Origin: Carcharhinus longimanus
Lineage: Eukaryota
Assembly (NCBI GenBank): GCA_030264375.1
Contig: JASCQW010000027.1
Span: 99,001,445 to 99,065,444, forward strand
Direction: 5' to 3'
DNA: 64,000 bases
Shown: one piece after another, positions 1-10,800 of the stretch
How positions within the stretch are numbered: the stretch's first letter is position 1
How the letters are laid out: the number at the start of each line of letters is the position of its first letter
The notes under the pieces: generated by a model
What the model was told of the DNA's origin: nothing
What the model saw: the letters and a program-made list of their open reading frames with translations, nothing else
The model's database searches: none
Position numbers and translations under genes: made by a program

Positions 1-811
1 CAGGGGTCACTGGGGCCTACTTCTGGTTTTACACTCCCAGTTTAGAAAAAAAAACCTCCAAAAAAATTAAAGCAAAAATCCCTCTTACGTTTAAGCTCTC
101 TGCATTGAATCTCCACTCCAACTGTTCCCCTGGAGCTTTCCCCAATTAACATTATCTACTCTTAATTACAGCTAGAGCAATCATTCAGTTGTCACAGCAC
201 TTGCAGCATTAAGATTGTATATTGGTTCATCAGAATCTTCCATCTCTGACAACATGGATAAGAATCCAACTTAGCAAAGAAAATATAACTCTTTTCTCCT
301 AGTTATAACATTTCCTGAGTAAAATTTAGTTTGATAAAGTTTCACCTTTTTTTTGGTGGCAATTAGAGCATCAAATAAAGGTTTCCATAATGCAACAGCA
401 AATAGCAGTGGCCAAACAAATCTCAGAGCTCCTAATCAATGCTGATAAAGGGCAATGGGGAAATTAACACCATTGTTTTTATAAGGAAGAATAAGGGGGT
501 GATAATAACGAAATCCAGAGCACTACTTCAAACCAAGTTACAACAGTAGGACAAGATATGGTAAAATCAATCCAGCAAAGGGCATGTTAGGAATATGGAA
601 GGAAATTCTACACGTGACAAAGACTCAAAGTAATAAAGGCATTTGAGGTAAAAAAAAATATGTTCCAAAGGTAGGCGCTCAACACTCAAGATTCTACAGG
701 TAATTTATTCTAGATAGATGAGTTAGAATGCAATGGTCTCACTTATCTGCATTCGTCTTATGAAATATCAAACAACAAGAATCAATAACAACAGCCAAAA
801 AAGTATGTTAC

Positions 812-887
812 CTTTCCGGGCATATCCTAGGATGCCACCCACAGTCACGATAGCAGCGTAGGAATAGCTGATCCAATCGAACGGCAT
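812..887 (-). CDS. TMEM14A: TMEM14-family transmembrane protein, first coding exon (probably TMEM14A); gene continues beyond position 1
   Basis: Translates MPFDWISYSYAAIVTVGGILGYARK+G, matching the TMEM14 N-terminus (DWxxxxYAAxxxxGGxxGY). Exon 812-896 has a pyrimidine-rich TTAG acceptor (AG at 897-898) and a phase-1 AAG|GTAAC donor. GYARKG resembles TMEM14A (GYKRRG) more than TMEM14C (GYVKAG); paralog call is less certain than family call. Confidence 0.82.
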
Positions 888-2009
888 TCTTCAATTCTAA
901 CAGGGGCGGAAGGAGGGGTAAAGAAAGAAAAGTCTGATCATTGATACCAGTTTTTACTTCCAAAAAAGGAACACAAACAAAAGATTAGATGCAGCAGATT
1001 CAACAGAGTTCTGTTTTTACTGCATTTTATATTTGGGCCCACTCCAAGAGGGCAGCTGGGTGGCCTGTTCCCAGGCCTCCGTCAACGTCACTTGGTTAGT
1101 CACTGGAGATGCACAAACATGACCTGGGTAAAATTCCCTTTTTTCCTCTGTGGCAAAGTATCAAGAATGCTTAATACCTCCTCATTGGTAGCCCAAGGAC
1201 ATGCAGTGTCAGGAATAAGACAAGACACCGAAGCGCCATCATCCTGTCAGATGTATTACTTGTACTGCTTCAACTAGCAGGGTATAACTTTCAGACTGTA
1301 CAGATAATGTACAGTTACATAGCAGCTAACCATAGCTCAGACCACATCTTGTTTCATGGTACTAAGTTCCCAAAATCTGGTTGGATATATTTTTTGGAGG
1401 TTAACTACAAGACTTTCTGCTTCCAACAGTCTCACCCGAACAACAATTTTTCTCACCTCCAACGTTTTTCTAACTCAGAAGGAAGTGCTCAGTGAAAACA
1501 AAAATTATAGTTTTTCTCCTGGGGACCCCACTGTGATGTTTGGGAGATTAACCTTTATTTCTCAGAAACTCCAGGACAATTCAATCAGGCCAGAAACTTT
1601 AAAATAGCACTCAAAAACATTCTGTCAGGATCACTCCCAAATAATATCATGCTCAAAAGCCGCTCTCAAGAATGCTGCAATGTGCTGCACCAAGGAAGTA
1701 TGATATGGAGCTAAATCAGCAATTCTGTACAAGGTCAGTTCCTGATTTCAGACATGCCACTGTGATCAGTGTTTCTAGGAGAAAAACATTTCCCACAGGA
1801 AGATGAAGGTACAGGTAAATTCAACTGCAAGTATTACGGACATGGTAACAAATTGAATAACAAATGTGATGCTTATTTGGTCTGTGTAGGCNNNNNNNNN
1901 NNNNNNNNNNNNNNNNNNNNNNNNNNNNNNNNNNNNNNNNNNNNNNNNNNNNNNNNNNNNNNNNNNNNNNNNNNNNNNNNNNNNNNNNNNNGGTTTTACC
2001 AAATTGACA

Positions 2010-2130
2010 CTATTCTCCCCTGAATCTGGCTAAGTCAGGGGTTCTATTTGTAGATACGCAGGGTAGAACAGGTGTAGGATGCGGCGGCGCGGGCTTGTTG
2101 GGCCAAAGGACCTGTTTCCTGTGCTGGGTT
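2010..2130 (+). mobile_element. CR1-type LINE 3' end fragment
   Basis: gggcttgttgggccaaaggacctgtttcctgtgctg is a CR1 3' terminal motif; next to an assembly gap. Confidence 0.55.
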
Positions 2131-3360
2131 GTTCTTTGTTTTGTTTTTTGATCTCCTTTATTAAGGCCTGCTGCACAAGTATTAAGAAAAGGCACCTAAA
2201 CAAGGGGTAGAAAGTATGTTCCATAAATAAATGAGCAGCTTGCTCGTTTTCCAAGGTAGAAAAACACCTAGCCAAATTCTATCGAAATAGGAAGACCACG
2301 AAGGCAGTCAACTTATGTTCAAGGGTAAGCTGTGACAGTTTTTGCTGCAGCAAACAGATCTGAAATGCCAAAGGATAGATTTAAACACGATAGTTTCTGT
2401 CAACTAAGAAAACCCACTTATTCGAGATAGGACAACATTTGCTTTGTTATTTCAGACAAAGATAGGCACCTTGGATTCAGCTCTGAACTCTTGACAGTTT
2501 GGTCGTGACAGTTGTTTTAGATGTTCACCCAGTTTAACAACGTGTACCTGATCCTACATCAACTGCTTGCGCAGCCTGCCTTGGAAGAGATTCAATAAAC
2601 ACATGAATGAAAAACACAAATATTCTGCTCAGATTACATGACTATTGTCATTACACCTCTTGGTCGGAATATTGCATCAATATGCATGGAGCAGCATGGG
2701 TCAATTTCCACAAAACTAAAATGTCCAGAGTATTTGCAAAAGCAAATGATGCCACTGTATCAAGTGTTTTTCCGCAGTCCAAGATTGTAGACCTTTCAAT
2801 TGGATAATCCTGCTTACTCGTGGCATTCTATGTTTTTCCCTTTATTGGACAGCAAGATAAAAGGGAAGGAGCTGCACAGAATCCAAATTCTGTCTGCATC
2901 CCCCAACTGTGCAAGCTGTGAAGATATGCCTAGAAGGACATCAGGAAATCTGCTCATATACCATCCCACCCCACCCACTCATTCTCTGGCAGATTAAAAT
3001 GAGACTGGTTCATTTGGTTTTCTTTCATCTCACTGACACAGGCTACAATTAAAGCCCTGTGGGTCTCAGAAATATCAAAGTAGTCTTGAAAAAAATGATC
3101 AAGAAGTGGTCCATCAAAAACCTATCCCAGTCAGGACACAATCATGTTATCACATGTTCCAGTGCATTCTCGCAACTGCAGTTGCAGAATCTTGATGGAA
3201 AGGCAAATTTAGGGATAAAGAATTTGGAAGAGTCCTTTGCGAATCGCCAAGGCCATGAAACAAATTCCAATGAGTTCCCATTGATCACGAGTTTGACTGC
3301 CAAAAACCCACCTAGCTTTTGTGATACAGCCACAGTGAAGAACTCAAATGGCTCATTTTT

Positions 3361-3672
3361 CATAGAATCACAGAATCCCTACAATGCAAGAGAACCCATT
3401 CGGCCCATCAAGACTGCACCAACTCTCTGATAGAGTATCTCACCCAGGCCCTCTCCCTTGCTATATTCCTGTAACCACAGTAAAAAGTCTGACAACACCA
3501 GGTTTTAGTCCAACATTGTTCATTCCTAAGCCATCTAGTTACACATCTTTGGACACTAAGGGGCAATTTAGCATAGACAATCCTGCACATTTTTGGAGCG
3601 TGGGAGGAAATTGGAGCACCCAAACAAAATCCATGCAAACACGGGGAGAACATGCAAACTCCACACAGTCAC
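3361..3672 (-). mobile_element. tRNA-derived V-SINE (HE1-like), head-truncated, CR1-type tail
   Basis: Reverse complement of the V-domain (ggagcacc...ggggagaacatgcaaactccacacag) and catagaatcacagaatcc tail. Confidence 0.85.
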
Positions 3673-3679
3673 ACAACCA

Positions 3680-4102
3680 CTGTGAAGAGACAACAGAGGA
3701 CCTACATCACAGCCTCAGATACTGGACTAGTTCAAAACATTGTTACAGAGCAATCCCACAATACAATTTACAAGATACAATGGGCCTAGACCTGCTCTGC
3801 CTGAAGAACACACCGATCAGAAGGTAATTTATATTGTGGTTAGCAGATTAATTGGCGACAATTCATTTGTACAAAGCATCCACTGGAAGGCCCTGCGCGC
3901 GGTGGATAGATCATTTCAATCAGGTTTCTCAGACTGGTTGCTAAAACATAGCATTTCCACAACAGTAAAAAGGCGACGAAGGGACTAACCCCAAAAGCTT
4001 GTGAGTTTACTATCAAATAAAACGGTTGGACTTAAACCTGGTGTTGTCAGACCTTTTACTGTGTTTACCCCAGTCCAACGCCGGCATATCCACATCATGG
4101 CT
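3680..4102 (+). mobile_element. Penelope-like element remnant with terminal repeat
   Basis: 3' part gttggacttaaacctggtgttgtcagaccttttactgtgtttaccccagtccaacgccggcatatccacatc resembles the shark PLE terminus; decayed hammerhead-like gacgaaggg...aaagcttgtg at ~3975-4003; weak NTIYKI motif upstream. Confidence 0.55.
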
Positions 4103-4104
4103 TC

Positions 4105-4270
4105 TAAGACTGAGCCAGTTCTGTATCCACCTTGCCATGCAATCTGATCACATGCGATTTCACCTTCTGCACCTGTCTGCCATGAGGGACCTAGTCAAAG
4201 GCCTATTGAAGTCCACATAGACAACATCCACTGCCCTACCCTCAATCATCTTCATCGCTTCCTTGAAAAG
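4105..4270 (-). mobile_element. CR1 LINE RT fragment
   Basis: Minus translation DEGRAVDVVYVDFNRPL matches the CR1 RT motif. Confidence 0.75.
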
Positions 4271-4379
4271 AGGACACCAACGCTAACTCCAGTTCACCCT
4301 CACTGTGTGTTCTCTAAAGTGAATACTTCTCTGGTAGTTTTGCCTCAATTTAATGATCTCATCCTCCCTTCTCCAGCCC

Positions 4380-4630
4380 ATTCTCTGCAATTCTTGCCTC
4401 CTGCACATCCCCTGACGTCTGTCGCTCTGTTATTGGAAGCTGTGTCTTCAGCTGCCTGGTCCCTGTGCTCAGGAACTTCCTCCTCCCCCCTACCCTCTCC
4501 CCTTCTGTGTCCTCATTTCAAACCTCCCCTTTGACCCAGATTTTGGTCACTGTATTTGCTCATTTGTCTTGATGTCAGACTAACCGTGTGATGCACCTTG
4601 TGATATTTGGCCGTGTTAAAGATACTGTAT
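4380..4630 (+). mobile_element. L2-type LINE 3' end
   Basis: Resembles other L2 tails in the window (ctccccttt gaccc...gtgatgcaccttg...gttaaagatactgtat). Confidence 0.5.
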
Positions 4631-5000
4631 TGGTGCCAGATCCTGTTGTCGAAGCCTCAGCTCTGCTCACACTGAGCTCTGGACACAGTCTGGATGCTGC
4701 AGAGGAGAGTGTATATCATACCTGTGCTGTATTACTGACCTCTCAACTCTCTCAGATCTGACCTGCCAACAGGAAAACAAGACAGACAAGACAGTGAAGT
4801 AATCCCTTTGAGGATAGTATTTTGCTGAGGTCCTTACTGTGGGTATTAACCTGGCTGACTCTGAATTGAACTCCCTGCCCTTAAGAGCTGGGAGCAGCAT
4901 TAACAGCAAATGATATTTGTCGAAGCGTAAAAGCACAATTCAATGGTTAATTTCCAAATACACAGTTAAATGGGTGAAACTCACACTCTCAGAGCAGAAA

Positions 5001-5230
5001 GGGCGGCATAGTGGCTAATACTGCTGCCTCACAGCTCCAGTGACCCAGGTCACTGTCTGTGCAGAGTTTATGCATTCTCCCTGTGTCTGCATGGGCTTCC
5101 TCTGGGTGCTCCGGTTTCCTTCCTCAGTCTGAAAGATGTGCGGGTTAGATGGATTGTCCCTTAGTGTCAGGGGGATTAGCAGAGTAAATGTGTGGGGTTA
5201 CAGGAATAGGGCCTGGGTGGGATTGTGGTC
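5001..5230 (+). mobile_element. V-SINE (HE1-like)
   Basis: gggcggcatagtggctaatactgctgcctcacagctccag head and gggtgctccggtttcct core; ends at gap. Confidence 0.9.
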
Positions 5231-5330
5231 NNNNNNNNNNNNNNNNNNNNNNNNNNNNNNNNNNNNNNNNNNNNNNNNNNNNNNNNNNNNNNNNNNNNNN
5301 NNNNNNNNNNNNNNNNNNNNNNNNNNNNNN

Positions 5331-5507
5331 TCAACTGAACCTGCAATTCTTTGGACTCTGGGAGGAAACCGGAGCACCTGGACAAAACTCACACAGACAC
5401 GGAGAATGTACAAACTCCACATAGACAGTCACCCAAGGTCGAAATTAAACCCAAGTCCCTAGTGTTGTGAGGCAGCAGTACTAACCACTGTACCACAGCG
5501 GCAGCCC
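5331..5507 (-). mobile_element. V-SINE (HE1-like)
   Basis: Reverse complement of the SINE head and V-domain. Confidence 0.9.
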
Positions 5508-5515
5508 AATAACGT

Positions 5516-5587
5516 TGATCCCAATGGGATCGAACCCAGGACCTTTTGCATGTAAAGCAGACATGATAACCACGACACAATTGGATT
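5516..5587 (-). pseudogene. tRNA-Val(TAC) pseudogene
   Basis: Minus strand GTGTCGTGGTTATCATGTCTGCTTTACATGCAAAAGGTCCTGGGTTCGATCCC aligns with vertebrate tRNA-Val-TAC; CpG-to-TpG decay and mismatched acceptor stem. Confidence 0.8.
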
Positions 5588-5589
5588 TA

Positions 5590-6340
5590 ACTCCAAGTGT
5601 GAGGTGATACATTTTAGGAGGACCAAAAAGGCAAGGGAATATACAATGATAGGTAGGAGGCTAGGAAGTACAGAGGAGCAGAGGGAGCTTGAGGTGCACG
5701 TCCAAAAATTGCTGAAGGCAGCAGGACAGGTAGCTAAGGTGGCTAAGAAGGCATATGTGATACTTGCCTTTATTAGCCAAGGCATAGATTGAGTAGGGAG
5801 GTTATGATGGAGCTGTATAATACCCTTGCTAGGTTGATACTCTGTGCAGTTTAGTTGCCACATTACAGGAAGATATGATTGCACGAGAAAGGGTGCAGAT
5901 GAGGATCATCTGTTGCCTGGTGGGGTGGGGGGGAACACATTTCAGTTGAGAAGACATGCTGGATAGGCTGGGGTTATTCTCCTTAGACTAGAGGAGGCTG
6001 AGGTGTACAAAATTATGAGGGACATCGATAGGGTAGATAGGAAGAAGCATTTCCCTTTAGTAGAGGGGCTAGTAACCAGGAGGCAGAGATTTAAGGTAAA
6101 GGTCGGAGATTGAGGAGATTTGAGAAAAAAACCTTTTCACCCAGAGGATGATGGGAATGTGGAACACATTGCCTGAAAGGATGGTGGTGAACCCTCAGTA
6201 TTTAGATAAGCACTTAAAATGCCACAGCACACAAGGCTATGGACCAAATGCTGGAAAATGGAATTAGAATAGATGTGTTAGATGGTTGATGCAAACACAA
6301 TAGGCCAAAGGGCCTCATGCTGTGCTGTAAAACTCTATGA
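5590..6340 (+). mobile_element. CR1 LINE (HER1-like) 3' fragment
   Basis: KCEVIHF...EQRELEVHVQK...KKAYVILAFISQGID, followed by a CR1 3' tail. Confidence 0.9.
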
Positions 6341-6344
6341 TTCC

Positions 6345-7787
6345 GGCTATAGCTGATGTTTGTCTTGGTGTGCGTCCCTGGGAACAGCACATCGAGCACA
6401 GAGTCATGGACCTGCTCAAAATGAGCCTTGATAAAAAAACACCTTGTCTCTCTCCACATCTTCTTTGCAAAGGCACATTCCACTGGGAGGTGGGCAATGA
6501 TCTCTCATCCCACTGCAATCACTTTGAGAACAGGTGGGGTGTGTAGGAAGGATCTGATAGGGAGGGCCTTTCTGGCCACCCCCTAAACCAGGTCTTGTTG
6601 CTGGTTTAAAGTTCAAGTGGTCAGGTGACTTTGACAGTCTGCTCAAGAACCATCCAACAGGTTTCACCATCTCCTTTTCCCACAGAGCCGCCAGCTTGTT
6701 GTGTGCAGACCACTGCCTGATGGATTTGTGGTCAAAGGTATATTTTTTTTTACATAGATTTTTCCCCGAGGCCAGACCTGGCCAGGCGCATCCTTCGCAA
6801 CACTGGGGACAGGTAGAAGGTCAGTAGTGTTTGCATACGAGGATTTATATACAGCTTGATGCAGCAACACAAGGTGGCCAGCAGGATTAGGGCAGGCTGG
6901 GCACATTTCCCCCCTTTTATCTGAAGGTTTGTTCACCTCATCCCTGTGAACGCAATCCATCTTCTACCTCTAGACGGTTGAAAATGGCTCAAGTGATCAC
7001 CACAGCACAGGAAGTGAGAATGGGCCAACTCTGTGGCAAGTCCAGCAACATCAAGAGTATCTCACATTTGATAACCAGGTTTTTATCTGCAATAGAGAGG
7101 GAGCGTCACTCCCACATACCCAGCTTTTGTCAAATTATACCTATTCACTCCTTCCAGTTTTTAATGCATGTCTTGACCCCTCTGAACCATATCCACAGCA
7201 CCTTCAGGCAGTCTGACCTGACAGTGAAGAGGACAAGGAATTAGTCAACCCAGTTTGCAAAGGACATAGCTTTACTGTTACCACCAGGGCCAGTTCTGAC
7301 TGATCACAGCTGTTATCAGCCTGGGCAGCAGCAGTGGATCCAAGCAAAGGACAGTGACATTGTTCATGTATAGGGAGGTGCCCCACTGCCAGGTATTGTC
7401 ACTCCTCTTATGCCCCAATTAGAATCATATAATCCTACAGTGCAAGAGGCAGCTATTTGGCCCATTGAGCTTGCACTGACCACCATCCCACCTAGGCCCT
7501 AACCCCAAACTCCATGCATTTACCCAAGCTAGCTCCCATGATAATTGGGAGCAATTTTGCATGGCTAATGCACCTCATCCACACATCTTTGGACTGAGGG
7601 GGGAAACCGGAGCACCTGGAGAAAAGCCACGCAGACACAGGGAGAACATGCAAACTCCATACAGTCATCCAAGCCAGGAATCGAACCTGGGTCTCTGGCA
7701 CTGTGAGGCAGCAGTGCTAATCACTGTGCCACCATGCCGCCCAGGAAATTTTCAGATTTTCATCCATTGACTGTTTGTGTGGAGCAG
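6345..7787 (-). mobile_element. Tx1-clade LINE ORF2 relic (RT to CCHC zinc knuckle), 5'-truncated and interrupted by a SINE
   Basis: Minus-strand pieces in order: VNGxKSENF, GIRGVTIPGSG, SLYMNNV (YMDD site), VRSDCLKVLWIWF, RSLSIADKNLVIKCE, CxxxDCSG-ETIAHLPVECAFAKKMW, LFPGTHTKTNI. Confidence 0.85.
7420..7742 (-). mobile_element. V-SINE (HE1-like), near full length, inserted in the Tx1 relic
   Basis: Head gggcggcatggtggcacagtgattagcactgctgcctcacag and tail on the minus strand. Confidence 0.92.
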
Positions 7788-7814
7788 CTTCATCTTAGCC
7801 AAAAGGCCCAGATG
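7788..7814 (-). pseudogene. U2 snRNA 5' fragment (nt ~5-31) fused to the Tx1 5' junction
   Basis: 24/27 match to the reverse complement of U2 nt 5-31. Confidence 0.75.
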
Positions 7815-7866
7815 GTGTTTTAAAACATAGCTTCAAATGAAGACTTCTATCAAATGTAGGATCTGG

Positions 7867-7904
7867 TACTACACTTGATTTTAGCCAAAAGGCCGAGAAG
7901 TGAT
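7867..7904 (-). pseudogene. U2 snRNA 5' fragment (nt 1-38)
   Basis: ATCACTTCTCGGCCTTTTGGCTAAAATCAAGTGTAGTA vs U2 ATCGCTTCTCGGCCTTTTGGCTAAGATCAAGTGTAGTA, 36/38. Confidence 0.9.
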
Positions 7905-9259
7905 TTTTGTCCCTCCTCCCAGTTCAGCAATCGCAACTTGCTTCACAGTGATGCCTTCATACTCTTCCCAGTTTACTTTGAGTTCACAAAGCCTGCTTTG
8001 GAAATTGTAAATTGGAATGACGTTGACAAGCATAACATGGGACTATGAAATCCCTGACATTCATGCATCCCTTATGTGTCAATCTACATGTGTGCCACAG
8101 AATTGTACATTTGCAGGGATTGTACAAATCAGGCTTTCCTCAATAAACTTTTCTCAATGAATTTTGATATATGGTCCAATTTTCTTTTTCAAGTTTCAAC
8201 CGAATGCTATTCTATAAACTAAAACCCTAAACCCAAAATTCTCTCTCGAATTAGCTTACTCTCATCCCATGTCCTTCTATTTTTATTGAAAATAAACTGC
8301 TTCTGCATCTGGATTACCAATTCATTTCATTTATCGAAAACTTTGATCAGGTTTCTTACAGCTCTTCTTCCCATCAAGGTTTTCCCAGTGAAAATAGCTT
8401 TACTCTTGCCACACTCCTGAGATACTCACACCGGGCAGAGTTCTGTGAATGGTTGGAAGTTCACTTTGCAGATCATTCAGAGTTGATCAAAGTTCACCCT
8501 TTTTGTATACTTCTAACTGGAGTTCCTGGGTACTGACCAGTAGCAGGGATCCGATGTTGATTTATCTGTTCCAAACATTGTATTACGGCTTTGACAAAGG
8601 TCAGCTAACCTAGCACACATCACAAATCAACCATCTTTCTCTGCTGCAGTACCACATTATCATTTCTGACTGCTGGCCAACACTGTGACAACACTTTACA
8701 AAGTTGGCTCAACTATAATACAATTCTCACTTACAAATCTAAGGATTGTGCGCCGCCCCCCTCCCCCCACTTGTCTAATCCTTTTCTAACTGAAGTCATT
8801 GTGATCCCACATTTCTGAACGATCTTAAACATACTACAAGCTATAATTAGAGCCTTGGTATTCTTTGTGGTCATGATCGAGATTCAAAAGGAGTAATTTG
8901 CCTAATGGTGGGGGATGTTCCTTAGCTGGATTGCATGAGGATTGTTAAATCAATACCCTGCAGGTGGTAAAAGTATCGATGAGGACTTCAGCAATGTTAG
9001 GGTTGAGACAGACCATGAACAAATCTGAAAGCAGGCGATCCCTATGACAGGACAAGGAGTCTGAACCTTATCTTAGGATCAACCAAGATGCAGGTATTGC
9101 AAATCAGGTTCAAACAGCAGGCGAGGGGATGGAGTTGGGACTTGGCCTTGGAGTTTCTGAAAGGAATTGAGAAGAATTTGTTTGGTCTTTAGAATATTTA
9201 TCTGAGGAAAGCTCTGGCTTATCCAAAACTCAGTCTGAGGCAAGCAGCTGATACTTAGG

Positions 9260-9686
9260 GCCTGGTTATCCTTTCAGCTCAGGCCTTGGTCCAGAAATAA
9301 TTCCTCTGCGGTCCTGCTTGTCAATGAAGTTTACACTCCTGATGCTCATTGTGCAAAAGTGGAGCTGTGGATCAACATAAAAATGAAAACTGACCCCATG
9401 ATTGGAATAAAACCACAGGAGCAGAAGGTAGATGAAGAATACAGCGAGGAAACCATGAGAAGTTGGTACATGGTGGCAGAATAGAGCAATAAGCAGCTGA
9501 AGAGCACGAGAGCATAATGTATCAAAGAAGCAATTGCTGTGTAGATCATCAGAACCAATAGCAGAGAAAAGATTTAAGGAAAAGGTTCTACTGTAGGGAG
9601 CATCAGGAGTTTAAGCTTCATTGACAAGCAGGGCTGCAGAGGAATTAATCTCTGGACCAAGGCCTTAGCTGAAAGGATAACTAGGC
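9260..9686. repeat. Inverted repeat, arms 9260-9347 and 9598-9686, 250-bp spacer
   Basis: Hand alignment: 7 substitutions and 1 indel over 89 columns. Confidence 0.95.
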
Positions 9687-10149
9687 TTGTGAATAACACC
9701 TTCAATAACTAATAACAAGAGGGAGGGAGTTGCTAGAAATGATCGCAAAATAACACTAAGAGCATGGGAAAGAGATGAAAGGAAAGACAAATGGATTGTC
9801 AGAGATTAGATCAATTCAAAGAGCATGAAGGTAAAATAATTAGTCAAAAGAATGAGGGGGAAACAAATAACAAAAGATTGTTGGTACAGAAATGTATGCA
9901 GTATTCAAAACAAAATGCATGAATGGAGGCAATAATTTTAAGAGGATCCAGATATAGTCGGGATGACTGAAGTATAGATATATGGAGAAGAGGATTAGAA
10001 ACTAAATATTGCAGAATATATAGAATATACATAGGATAGTTGATGCAGACTTGATGTACTGAATGGCCTCTTCTGCACTGAGGGGCTCTCTGATTCTTTA
10101 TTGCATTGAGGAAGGGAAAGGAAAGTCAGAGTAGCGAGATTAGCTAAGT

Positions 10150-10800
10150 ATAAAAGGCAGTAGAATAAAAAGAATGTAACTCGCAGTAAGATAGATACAG
10201 AATCTATAGGGATTGAGTTTAAAAAAAATGAGAGATTCATGATCCTAATCAGTGTATATAATAGACCACGATGGAAATTGGAGGAAGAAAGAAGTAGGCA
10301 TAAGCATGCGGTGAATTGCAGGAATAGAATAATCAGAGGAAATTTCAATTATCCCCAACTGAAACGACAAGGAGTTGTAAAAGGAAAAAAAATGTCCAAG
10401 AAGAAAATATTCTCTGCTCAATCTTATAGAAGGTAATAAACCTGATCAGACAGAAGGAAGGAGGAGAGTATCTTAGTCCTAATGACCACAACAAGCTTAG
10501 GTTCAAAATTAAGATTGAGAGTGGCACAAACGGTGGTACATTGGAAAAGAAATAGGTGGTACATTGGAAAAGAACAATTTCTGATGAAAGCAAAGGGTCA
10601 ACTGGAGAAGTTAAACACACAGTAAAGTCTTGAAAACAAAGACAGAAATGCAGTGGGAATTCTTTAAAAAGGCAATCAATGGAGTTCAAGAGAAATGTAT
10701 CCCACTAAAAGCCAAAAATCAGCAAGCTAGTTACAGGATACCATACAGGAATAATAAATTGAATCTGAAGAATAAAACAAGGTGCACAAATGTAAGAGAG
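10150..10800 (+). mobile_element. Old CR1 LINE, endonuclease-side fragment
   Basis: ILISVYNRP...IIRGNFNYP resembles CR1 endonuclease GVxYRPP / GDFNYP; QWEFFKKAI...CIPLK downstream. Confidence 0.65.

Noticed and set aside
3059-3827. 123-aa and 147-aa plus-strand ORFs
   Set aside because: They run through a SINE and repeat debris, with no XKR5-like or other recognisable motifs.
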